Assembly: GCA_001938485.1 (NCBI GenBank)
Contig: MQRK01226361.1
Coordinates: forward strand, 54,712 to 118,711
DNA: 64,000 bases
Direction: 5' to 3'
From: Girardia tigrina
Taxonomy: Eukaryota
In this document: positions 25,588 through 37,708 of the stretch, one piece after another
How the letters are laid out: every line of letters begins with the position of its first letter
How positions within the stretch are numbered: the first letter of the stretch is position 1
Notes under the pieces: model-generated
Seen by the model: the letters and a program-made list of their open reading frames with translations, nothing else
The model's database searches: none
Told to the model about the DNA's origin: nothing
Position numbers and translations under genes: made by a program

Positions 25588-27042
25588 TAGCGTTTACACG
25601 AAATATAAAACAAAAATTCGAAAAATATAAAACAAAAATTCGAAAATATAAAACAAAAATAGCAAAATAAAAATATCAAAATCAAGAAAAATTACTAAAA
25701 ACATTTAAAACAAATTAGAAAAATATACATATTTTTCGAATATGTATATGTATATTTTTATATAAACATTAATATAAAACATTAATATAATACATTAATA
25801 TAAAACATTAAAAACAAAAATATACAAATAGAATAAATATTAAATAAAAGTGCTAAAAACAGAAGGAAAACAGAAAAAAATTCGAAGATATACATTTGAA
25901 AATATAAAATAAATATAATCAAAAACAAAAACAATAACAATTTAAATATAAACTAAAAATAAGGTTCCTAAACCGAAAATAAATATTGAAATAAAATCAT
26001 AACTAAAAATATAAAAAGATAAAATTTGTGAAAAATGAAAAAATTTTAAGATTTTTAAAGAAAATAAAAAAATTAAAAAAGTAATGTAAATTTAAAAAGC
26101 AAATATTAAAAAAAAGAAAGAATTTTTACTGCAAAATTTAAAATAACTTAAACACAATATTATTAAAATATATAAATTTTTCACAATTTTGAATTTGAAA
26201 AAAATTGAAAATGGTTAATTCTTATTTTTTAAAGGATGTAAATTCGCTTGAGAATTTGGTATTGCTAAAAATTTAGTTAAAATAAATCATTTATTAAATT
26301 TATATGTTTCTTGGTTGTTTTAAAAATTGAAAAAAGCCACAAAAAGTATACAAAGTTCTTTTACATAAATCTAATCAAAGGCCAAACCAAAACAAAGATA
26401 CCGCCAAAAAGAATATGTTTCTATTAAAATCAAAAAGCACAATCAAAAACCAAAAACGAATTATAAACAAAATAAAAACAACAAAATATTTAATTTGTCT
26501 TTGAAGATTGCATATTTTTGCATATTTAACAAACAGTATTTTTTATAGACTATTTAAACAATAAAAAACAAATAGAACAACAACTTTAATAAAATTCAAT
26601 TCTTGCTATACCTTGATCAATCCAAGTTCTCATATGAGCAAAAAAACCGTAAAAACTTGGTTATTTAACCGATACATAGTTAAGGCTCAGCCCTCGAAAT
26701 CAAGACAATCATGAAATATTCTCTTTTTAAAAAAATTTTTTTAATCTGTTTAAATAATCAACGCTTATTATATTTTGTTTTGATGTTTATTAATTATTTA
26801 TGTTTTATATTTTTCGAATTTATGTTTTATATTTTTCGAATTTTGTTTTATATTTTTCGAATTTTTGCTTTATATTTTTCGAATTTTTGATTTATATTTT
26901 CGAATTTTTGTTTTATATTTTTCGAATTTTTGTTTTATATTTTTCGAATTTTTGCTTTATATTTTTCGAATTTTTGTTTTATATTTTTTGAATTTTTGTT
27001 TTATATTTTCGAATTTTTGGTTTATATTTCGTCTAAACGCTG
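25588..27042. mobile_element. Foldback-like non-autonomous element with 21-22-bp minisatellite in its inverted arms
   Basis: Ends (T/C)AGCGTTTASACGAAATATAAAAC.. are inverted and TA-flanked. About 3 units on the left and about 11 on the right of TTTTGTTTTATATTTTTCGAAT. A-rich non-coding core. Confidence 0.8.
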
Positions 27043-27249
27043 TATTGTCCTTATTTATATTTATTTATTACATATTCTTTCTTAGTTATCATACATATCT
27101 TTGATCAACCAATGTTAGTATTTGTCTAGTGGAGATTATTAGATAATACTTAACCTGTAAAAAATACTCGAACTGAGTTATCGGAGGGGTTTTGAGGAGA
27201 TTTTTGGTTATACAAACTGTTTGCATTGTCAACAGAGGATTTACACAAG

Positions 27250-28615
27250 TGTTTTTCTATGTGATGCAGTCAAGGTAATTACATAGTTAAAGTTTTGATT
27301 ATTTTCTAACTATTTTTCTTCTGTTGAACGAGAAAAATTGATAAACTAATGTACCAAGTATTCCACATCAACGCGTTAGTGAAAAATGGGAAAAAAATGC
27401 GTAGAAAATTAATAAAATTTTGACGGCTGTTTATGAAAATAATGCATTAAAGAAAAACGCTCTTTGCAACTACATCAAGCGTTTCAGTGAAGTTCATTAG
27501 AACTTCAATGATAATGTAATTTAGGTATGATCGACGACCTCTAATGTTGACGAAAACATCGAACGCGTGCAATTGCTTGTGATTTTCGATTTCCTGAAAG
27601 GGATATTCGCTGATTAACTAAATTTTATATTCTACCAAACTTGCCAACTCCTTACGAAAAGCATAAAAAGGAGCGAATGCTGCATCAACTGTGTGAGGGA
27701 CATTGGAATGATGTTGAGCGATTGTTGAATGAGTTTTATAGTATGTTTGAGACTGGTTGGTGTTTGAAGCATGACATCTCTCCCTAGATAATTGAAGTCA
27801 ATTATTGCCGAATTTAAAAAGTTATATTACTAATTGTATAATAAATTAATTGTTATTTAGCATTTAATTAAAAATACCAATGTTTTAATCATTGCAGATT
27901 TTGGCAAATTTTTGAAGAACCAATTGATGAAACAAGTCATGCCACAGATGCTGATTACAGACCATTTTTTAGTCTCAATAAATTTTGTAATAAGACTTCC
28001 GCTGTTAGTATCCTTAATAAACTGGAAGACCTGCTGTCAAATGACTAAGTGATGAATCATGATTACACAAAGAAGACATTGAGCTGAAATTACAGTGCAA
28101 GGAATAGAAAGAAATTCATAAATGACGGTAAAAACATATCGAAGTATAGAATCAAAGTTATGTTGCTAGTTTTTTTGAACATTAATGTTTTTAATCATGA
28201 ATTTTTCTGCGAACAAACACTGTATACTTCCTTCAACTTAGAAGTTCTTAATTGGTTTGTGTTCGACTAAATATGTGGTGACAATTGGTTTCTGTATCAC
28301 AACAATGCGCCGGCTCATTCTGCAGTCATTGCCCATAAATTCCTAGCCTGTAATTCTATCACAACGCTTGATCAACTGTCTTTTTGAATAAATAATCTCA
28401 CTACGATTCCATTTTATTCTAAAAATTCAAAACACCATTCAATAAAACATAAAAACGGCAAAACAGCTTGTAATGACATCCATGGATGTTTTGAACAGAG
28501 ACAAGTTCATTGATACAAACGGGGAATATTTTGAAAGGGATAAGATTGATGTACTCGAAATGTCGTAAAATAATCTTTATGGCACCTAAATTGGCGCATT
28601 TGTTTGACAGACTGC
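27250..28615 (+). mobile_element. Degenerate mariner (irritans-like)
   Basis: Relics VDENIERVQLLV, IKVMLLVF, WFLYHNNAPAHSA and IDTNGEYFE. Confidence 0.7.
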
Positions 28616-29727
28616 GCCTATTACATAAAGAGATTAGGCCAGTTTAGATTATTACATTAACTAAGTTGTACCGTAACAATCCGAAATAGGGCGCGTTGTT
28701 CCTCGGTTCACTAACAGTTCATCAACAAAACCAAAATAAGTGAAAATGAAAACTATTAAATCTGCTTATATTTGCTATTTACAAATTTTGAATCCACATT
28801 TTTTGTTATAGTCAAATAATAATAGTAATAATAATACAATTGAAACGCCAACCGAAAATAACCAAACACAGACTAATTCTACGTACCATTAGTAGTAAGC
28901 TAGAATATATAAATTATATTGGATACAGTACCTGTATACATATAATAGTCTCGAATTCAACTCAAATAATAATTAATAATTATATTACATATGAATTTAC
29001 AAATAACTATTTATAATTTCATCATGCAAAATTATACAACAAATTATTCTTATATAAGAAAAATATCAACACAAAAAGGAACTGATTAAATTAAAAAAAA
29101 CTGATAAAAGGTGCGATATAAGAACGGTGAATGTCAGTCTTTCAATTATAAACCCTTTCTTCAATAAATCAAAAAAGTAAACATTTAAAAGAATATACAC
29201 ATTTCGCTATTGTAATTATATATAATCAAATTTAAATATCACTTAAGGCACAAAACAACAGAAAAAACAAGTAAAGAAACGTTATATAAGTAATGAAAAA
29301 TGAAAATTAAGTAAAACTACATGACTATGATAAACAATGTTTATAACACAGATATATATCGAGTTTAGTAAACAATAAAATAACTCCGCACTTTCTGTCT
29401 CCGGTGTAATAATAAATGGAAGGGGCTGCCTCTACAGGGTAAGAAATGACGCAGTCATTGTTCTAATGAGATTTAAACATCCGTAAATGAGCAAAAACAA
29501 CCAAAACTAAAATATTAATATCAAACAATTATTGATATGATGCAAATGTGTTACAGAATCTAATTTCAAGATCAATACAGAACAATATCGAATGCATTTC
29601 CTTTGATGTCAATGCGCATTTTCACTGATTAAAGTTACTGACGACATGGACAAAAGTATTGAACGAAAATAAATAATAAGATGATTGTGAGGGTGATGAT
29701 AGTAATAACGATACAAGATTCTGAAAA

Positions 29728-29920
29728 TCAATTGTGCAAGGAGTCTATATTCCCCACACTGCTACCAAAAGAATCCGAGCTCACTGAGGCCTGATCATTA
29801 CTGATGCTACAACTACTTTGATTTCCAGAAGAAGAATTCACTGGCATTATTGTTCGATTCCGTAAACGCAAATGATTCTGCATGGCGAGAGGGATTTCCA
29901 AATTTACAACTTCACTATTT
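29728..29920 (-). CDS. SINHCAF: SINHCAF/FAM60-like, putative terminal coding exon 3
   Basis: TTTCAG acceptor at 29921. Phase 2 matches the AG left by exon 2 (AG+A=Arg, then NSEVVNLEIPL...IDSLHN*). Ser-rich non-TE ORF followed by T-rich UTR-like sequence. Linked to the gene by phase and position, not homology. Confidence 0.65.
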
Positions 29921-30113
29921 CTGAAATTATTACCATTAATCAATATTAATCAGTACAAAATTTACCAAGTAAATTATGAAAATCATCAGAAGATATTGAT
30001 TATTTCAAGTGATGCAATCATATACGAAACAAATTAAGTAAAAATGTTTAGTCAATGTTTCTTAAACATTTTTAAAAGCTCTGAAATTTTACCAAATAGA
30101 TCTTTAACTCTTA

Positions 30114-31315
30114 CGTGGTGCGAACCATAAGTCCTTAGACTCGACAAGAAAGCAAAGTCCAATCAACTTTATTTTTTCAGAATCAGTACATGACATCAAA
30201 GTAAATCCTTTCTCAATGTATGAGACGTGTACATCAACACACTTGCGCCAGCGAGCAACAAGCTCAGAGAACGCATTTTTGTAAAAATTGGGAGGTAAAG
30301 AATTGAGAATATCAAGAACATTCTCCTTGAGGACATCAACTCTAATGAAAGTGGACACTTTTTAAATGTTACTTTAGGTGTTTAAACAACGTAAAATCAC
30401 TTCTGGCTAGGTCAGACCTACAGGGAAGTGTGAATGGGTGCATTATCTTGAAGGAGCCATAATGGGATCCCTCTTGGCTTCCTACGAGACTTTCTCACCT
30501 CGCGAAGTAATTCAACATAATACTCACTATTCATTGTCAGTCCTTTCTCAAGGAAATCAATTTTAATAATGCCATGGGAATCCCAGAACACAGTCAGCAT
30601 TGCTGCTCGCTTGTGTGAGGTGCCGCTTCGAAGTTTTCGGGGAGCACTTTCACAGGGGAAGAACCACTCAGAAGATTGACGCTTGCTCTCACGCACATAC
30701 AGGCTCACCGGTGATGAAGCGGTCACCGTGAGTGCGAAGCAACTCCAAATTGGTAGTACAACACTGCAAACGTTTGTCGCACATTTCACCGGATAAGAAT
30801 CGCGGAAAAAAACGTGAACACAGTTTGCGAACTCCAAATGATTACAGAATATCATATGTAGAATGGTAGCTGATGGATAGACGCTGTGCAAATTCACAGA
30901 TGCTTATTCGTCTCTCTCTTCCGACACGATCTTCATGCACAAATCACTTTTCCCGGGTAAAATTTCACACGGTCGTCCTGATCTCTCAGCATCAAAAACG
31001 GATTGTCGGCCATGTTTAAAGTCTCTGATCCGATTATACACTGTTGCACGCGATTGGCACTGGTCATTGTAAGCTTCCTGCTACTGCTGCAAAATATCGC
31101 AGCTTTTAGTATTGCGCAGGACTAGAAATTTTATCACACTGCGATATTCGACGTTACTGTCTATGTCCACAGTAAAAAGTGAAATAATGGCTATACGCAC
31201 CACTCACACACACAGATTGGGTATGGTGAGTCATACCTGTCATACCTTAAAATGATAGCTCATCTATTTATAGTATCAAGGGCATATACGTCATAATCTT
31301 ATGTCACACACATAG
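30114..31315 (-). mobile_element. Defective mariner (irritans/Himar-like)
   Basis: TA-flanked imperfect TIRs. Peptides AERSGRP, AMLTVFWDSHGIIKIDFLEKG, LLQDNAPIH and LVARWRKCVDV. Confidence 0.88.
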
Positions 31316-31525
31316 TAGTTCAAAAGATACGATCTTTGCTACGTCAGATTACCTTTTCTGCTCTCTTTCAAACCAAATGCACAGTATGATACGATGAATA
31401 TTTCACGAATCAACTTATCATCTACTTATATTAAATCAACTAATGTCGTGGTGATACGAAGCCATTAACAATGACTGAGGACACAAATATCTTCATTTGT
31501 GTAACAAATAAATGATTGATATATT

Positions 31526-32777
31526 AGGACTAGAGCCACAACCTAATATTTTCAGTCATTTGACTAGTTAAGTTAATAAAGATTTCCAGTGCTTTACTAA
31601 ACTGAATATTCATTAGCATTTTAAAGTCATTGAATTATAAGATAAAAAATTTACAAATATTCTGTAGAAACAAAATCGCAAATTAAGGAAGATTTGTAAA
31701 TAAGAATTCCAAATCTGAAAATTACATATATTAAACGATATATCATATAAAACTTTATAACATTATTTATTTTATGATTTATAATTAGTTTTTATATTTA
31801 AAGATTGATCAAGATTCCCTTTTAATTAATATTATTTAAATCACGAAGCTAAAATCCGTACAATGAAAAACTTGATAGAAAAAACAAAAATAAAGAATGA
31901 AAATGTAAAAAATAACATTAGACAATTTTACATACCAAATTATAAAAGTACGTCGCGCCAATGACTCTCAATTCAATAATTAACATACTGTCCATTAACA
32001 GTGATAAATTAATGAATATACCTTTAACATATGCAAAATAAAATATATAAATAATATATTACGAAAACATTATAATCGCTATAATGTAATGCGTATTAAA
32101 TATTCAGTGCAATATGCAACAATTACGTGACAAGTTAACTCAAACTCAATACATTTCTGCATCTATTAGAATGTGTATTGATATATTTGTCATCTAAATG
32201 AAAACAAATTTCGATAAATCGTCAATTTAGTTCGAAATTATAATAATTCAATAAGCATAAAATGTAAAAGAAAACAATGAGATTAAATTGTATTGTATAC
32301 GACCAACCCAAAAGAAGATAATTCATACAAAGTCTAAGTGACTTTTAGAATGTGTTATATGATATATCGTTTAATATACAGTACTCATTGAGTTATTTGA
32401 ACGCTGAGTTATTTAAACTCTCAGTTATTTGAAGAAATAAAGTTTAGTAAAAATAGTGTTTCATAATTTTTCCAAATGATTTAATGGCATTTTTAAAATT
32501 ATGACATAATTTTCATAACTGAGTTATTTAAACCTTTTACGAATCCTCCAGGATTCAAATAAATCAGCGGTTACTGTATGTGATTTTCAGATTTGGAATT
32601 CTTGTTTACAAATCTTCCTTTAATTGCAATTTCGTTTCTAGAGAATATTTGTTAATTTTTAATCTTATCATTCAATGACTAAAATGCTAATGAATATTCA
32701 GTTTAGTAAGGCACTGGAAATCTTTATTAACTTAACTAGTCAAATGATCGAAAATTTTAGGTTGTGGCTTTAGTCCT
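31526..32777. repeat. ~225-bp diverged inverted duplication (31526-31750 vs 32355-32777, the latter split by a MITE)
   Basis: Reverse-complement alignment, roughly 90% identical by eye, continuing on both sides of the MITE. Confidence 0.85.
32379..32576. mobile_element. pogo/Tigger-type MITE
   Basis: TA TSD; CAGTA..TACTG ends with ~23-bp TIR; internal GAGTTATTT repeats; empty site visible in the paralogous arm. Confidence 0.9.
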
Positions 32778-32791
32778 TTTATTTCTATATA

Positions 32792-34096
32792 CAGGGTGAT
32801 CATAAAGTAACTACCATAAAGTAACTGCAATAAATTTTTTGGCAAAACATTATGAAAAAATGGTTTTAAATAACAAAAAAGCATTTATTAAAATTTAATA
32901 ATATTCAACAGAATAACCATCGACATCAATACAATGTTTAAGGCGTCCATAAAAAGACTTAATGGCATTTTGGCACATTTCACCATCTGTTTTTGCCGCT
33001 TCTTGACAAATAAAATCTTTAAGTTGCTGAATTGTTTCCGGTTTTCTCTAATACACTTCATTCTTCAAATACCCCCACAAAAAATCGAGTGGTGTCAAAT
33101 TAGGTGACCTGGCCGGCCATACATATGTACCAAATCGTCCCAGCTAACGTTGTGGAAACGCTACATCCAGAAATTGTCGCACATTCAGTGAAAATTGGGC
33201 AGGTGCTCCATATTGCTGGAACAAAGCTTTCCGTTTGCATGTTCTTGATAACAATGGCATAAAGCAACTTTTTAACATATCCAGGTAAAGCGCCGCTGTT
33301 GTTTCCTTCAATAAAAAATGGCCCATAAACATGAGTTGAAGACAACCACATCCAAACATTAACTTTTTCACTAGCCTGTGACCTCTGATATGTTTCGGTT
33401 GGTGTTTCAGTGCCCCAAATGCAACAGTTATGTTTGTTGATAATGTCGTTAAGTTGGAAAATTGACTCATCAGAGAATATCAGGTTACTAAGATAATTTT
33501 CATCTATATCTATCGATTGAATTAACGTTTCACACATAACAGTTCTAAGAGCGCAATCTTCTTCATACAAAAGTTGCGTGGCTTGAATTCTGTATGGGAA
33601 CATTTGAAAGTCGTTTCATAATACTTTTTGAACAGTTCCATAAGAGCAATTCAGAGTTAACAACGATTTCCTGATAGAAGACTGGGGTTCTTGCTTAAAA
33701 TGTTCTGCTATCTCATTTTTCTTTTCATCATCAATTGTTGGTTTTTCAGATTTTGGGGCATTTAGAACGTTTCTTATTTCTTCAAACTTTTTGAAGATGC
33801 TTCTAATACTTTTTTCGGTTGGAATATTTTTCCATTTAAATTTTTGAAGTTCTCTTCTTACTAAAGTCACTGACTCATGTTTCGCAAAGAAAATAGCAAT
33901 TTTTACACGCCGATTTACATCCATTTTGAATCTTACGCTTAAAACAATAACAACAATTAATACATTTAAACAAAATGTACTTTTAATTAAATTTTAAAGA
34001 ATAAGCTTCAAGATGCCTTTATAATTAAAAAGAAATACAATATAATTCAAAAGTTATTGCAGTTTAAAACCTGGTAGTTAGTTTAAGATCACCCTG
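32792..34096 (-). mobile_element. rosa/DD41D transposon, full-length defective copy B
   Basis: Same TIRs and transposase as 13574-14881, in inverted orientation; TA TSD. Confidence 0.95.
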
Positions 34097-35370
34097 TAAA
34101 TATATATAATTTTTTAATATCTTATCTATATAATTACAAAGTTCATTGTGACGAATTTGAAACATTAATATCTCATTTGAATGTTACGATTTCAACAAAA
34201 ATCATTTTTGCAATCTTGGAAATACTTTTACAGGTTTATTAAGTTTTTGGTTCAAGACCAAATGATCCTAAACAGAGACTTACATTTAAGTAGAAATCGT
34301 GAAGTCTAGTTCCCTGAAACTAAGAAAATCCCACTAATTTAGACCTATTTGTTATTTTTTTATTGGAACAAAACTTAAATCAATGTGAAATTAAAACTTA
34401 ATTATGCGTATTCCACAGTAAAAAACCAAATATCCACCGTTTTATTTGCAAGTGGTGTAAGTCCTATTTCGTATTTCGACAAAAGTTAGTTGATACTAAC
34501 AATGAATGTGATTTTCTGACTTATTATCTATAAACAGTTTCTAGAAAAAAATCCTTCAAAACACTTTAATCTTTTTGTCAATATAAAATTCTTCATATAA
34601 TAGTACTATAAAATGAACTTATACCACTTACAGTCTAAGTTTTAAAGGAAGAGTAACATTAAATGAAAAACCAAATTATAGTAGTAAAAGTCGACGTTTA
34701 ATAAATTGTTTATCAAAAATTTATTTTTAATTTATATAGTTTATAACATAAACCATTCAAGCAACCCTTTGACTATAAAACTTTACTTGAACAATGCCGA
34801 AGTAATATTTAGTAAATATTCTAAATAATCAAATAAATATTTAAAAATTAAAAAGAATATTTTCAAAAAACTCTAAAACACAAAATTTCAACCTAGAATG
34901 TGTAAGTTCAATGTGAAGCATCTTATTTGCAAATTATGTATATTAAAAAGTAGTCAGAAGTACCACACAGATTGTGTAACGAAATGTGCTAATAAAATTT
35001 TCAAATAGAATAAAAAATAAATTTATAGAAACTTTGTTTTTACAATTAAAACCATTAAAAATTCGATCTTAATGAATACCTTCGACTAGTTCAAATTTGT
35101 TTTCAACATTATTTACAATAAGTCACGATTGTCAGATTTCTAACTATCTTTTTTCTATTTTATCTGCAGGGGTATTGGATATTTTTGAAGATTCAGTAAC
35201 TGAGAACTTGCTGAGACAAGCGATCGAAAGTATTTTTATAGAAAACATTAATAAAACAGAAACATTTATATTATTATTAATTAATTTTGACGGTTTAATC
35301 GTAATCTTCAAAACAATTAATTATAAAAAAGGAGATACTGATTATTTGTTCTTTACATCTAGATTTTTTC

Positions 35371-35599
35371 AATAATGTTCTAGAGTGTAGTTTTGATGCT
35401 AATGATTAGAATCCAAGGATCTTGTACATAACATTTCCCCATTCAATCGTTCCAACTAATTCTTAAATTGAGTAAACGTAATTTTAAAATTTGAGAATTT
35501 ATCTCTTGATTTTATTATTGGGAGTGAAATGTAAAGCGTTATCAATAAGATCCTTGGATTTTAATAATTAGTTTCCAAGCTGCATTCTACAACATTATT
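35371..35599. repeat. Short degenerate inverted repeat (~53-bp arms), possible MITE
   Basis: AATAATGTT..AATCCAAGGATCTT versus AAGATCCTTGGATT..AACATTATT. Confidence 0.5.
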
Positions 35600-36401
35600 G
35601 GAGAATTTTTAAATATCTTTATGACAAAAATTAATTAATCAAAAACTGTAATATATAAGTAACTTTCTCTTAAATAATCATTTGTTCTGAAGATGTCGGT
35701 TAAACCAAACAAATTAATTAATAAAAAATATTGTAATTTTCTTGATGTTTTTTCATATAGGTCAATGCTATTTAAGTTAATTAACAATTATTATTAATAA
35801 TGATTTAATTTATGTTACTATTCAAAAATGTCACGAATTAATTTTTCAAAATAAAAAATAGTTATTATGTTATTAATATAGTAAAAATCCGCCGAAATAT
35901 ATCGTAATTGACTTAATTAACTACTTACAAGACTTAGTCGTGTGTGATACGGGCAGTCACTTGTAAATGATATTGACTTGTCCGAGTGTAGCACCGGCTC
36001 TGTAATCTTTTACACTTCTGTGCCAATTTACCCGTGCTTTTGTATGTTCAGAAACATATTAATGATCATAAACATAAAGAAAAATAAAGAAATATATCTG
36101 GCATTTAAGGAAATGATAAATAAAATGAAAACCTATCAGGAAATGGGTTTACTTTAACTTTGGTTGTGGTAGTGTTGATCAACTTTAAAATTAATAGCTT
36201 ATTATAATTGTAAAAGTGCAGCAGTAAGTATTTAAATATAATATTATGAACATGATCTAAAATGTAATAGAAATTATTAAAAGAATTTAATTAATTATAA
36301 TTTTCAAATGTCCAAACGTAAATAATATCATATTTCGAAGACCAGGGGAGTTAAAACGGTTATTTACAATTTGAAAAAGTTTTATTACATTCCCTATTTT
36401 A

Positions 36402-37708
36402 CAGGGTTTTTCAAAACTATAGTCCCTTTTTATCAAAACTATAGTCCACAAAGTAAATAAATTATAGGAAATAAAATTAATAAATTATATCATATGTAAA
36501 TCAGAAATTGAAGCTTAATCAATATTTATTGACTTTTCCCGCCATTTTACAATATAAAACAAATTGAAAATTACGTTATATGGCAAGAAAAGACAGGAAG
36601 ACAGTAACAACCGAGTTATATTCATTATTAATCAGCCAATGTGACCAAGGTGCCACGACACTAGCCATTGCAAGATCATTAGACCTATCAGTAAAAACAG
36701 TTCGGCGTCATACTGCAAATTACCTTACAGGTAAAACCTTTAAACCAGCCAAAGATAAATTCCATGAAACAATGATCCAAAAGGCAAGAGCTGCCAGAAC
36801 ATTTGACCAGAACATTGTGAATGCAGTTGTTTCTAACAATAAGCTGGTTCTAGGCGAAATTGCCGATTTGGTTGAGATTAATAATGGTCGAAGAATGTCA
36901 TTATCAAATATCAGCAAACGGCTGAAAAAGGCCAGGATTTCTCGCAAGTGTTTTTCACATGTTCCTGCCGAACGGAACAGTGAAAGCAACCTGGAAACTC
37001 GTGCTGGTTATGTTGTACAACATTCAAGCATTCCTCAAGATCATCTTATTTTTCTCGATGAGAGTGGTTTCAATCAACACTCTACTCGTTCGTATGGCTA
37101 TTCGCTTGTGAACATGAAGGCTTTTAAGACAGTTCCAGCAAACAGGAACGTGAATAATAGTCTTATGTGTGCTATTGGAATTAATAGATTCATTGCTTTT
37201 GAGGTCAAGCTTGGTGCTTACGATTCAGAATCCTTCACTTCATTCATTTCTGAAAAACTAGTTCCGTTTTTTTCATTTCATAAAAATTATGTTCTTGTAA
37301 TGGACAATGTTAGATTTCATAAATCTAAATCAGTATTAGCATTTTTAAGAGAAAAAAATATTCAATTTAAATTTATCCAACCATTTTCTCCACAGCTCAA
37401 TTCAATTGAGGAATTCTTTTCCATGATCAAATCCAGGTATTACTCTTATAAAATACTTAACCCTGATAAGACTATTCCTGAATGTTTCAAGCAGTTCTTT
37501 CATCTGAGCATGATTATTCAGTTGAATGTGCTGGATTTTATCGACACATGAGCTCTTGGCTTGAAAAGACCCAAAGAAAAGAACGATTTGAATAAAATCC
37601 TGTAATTTGTGTTTGATTTTTTTAATAAATTTAATTTATTTATTTCAATTTATTTACTTCGTGGACTATAGTTTTGATATAAAGGGACTATAGTTTTGAA
37701 AAACCCTA
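36402..37708 (+). mobile_element. Gambol/IS630-like DD34E transposon, nearly intact
   Basis: TA TSD; ~60-bp TIRs each carrying two CAAAACTATAGTCC direct repeats; long transposase ORF inside. Confidence 0.92.
36580..37595 (+). CDS. DD34E transposase (ORF 36580-37551; probable 1-nt frameshift at ~37486)
   Basis: HTH-like N-terminus; IFLDESGFN..YGYS; MDNVRFHK-34 aa-LNSIEE. The alternative frame supplies a plausible CAGFYRHMSSWL C-terminus ending at 37595. Confidence 0.85.

Noticed and set aside
26800-27104. CRISPR-like regular repeats and F/I/Y-rich ORFs
   Set aside because: Head-to-tail 21-22-bp minisatellite with no unique spacers and no cas genes; the ORFs are translation artefacts.
35097-35375. 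92-aa ORF as a host gene
   Set aside because: No ATG or domain; LRQAIESIFIENIN at most resembles a decayed GIY-YIG tail of a Penelope-like element.
35929-36000. Possible extra SINHCAF exon (minus-strand GTAAGT donor)
   Set aside because: Entering in phase 2 from the nearest AG hits a TGA; no FAM60 similarity.
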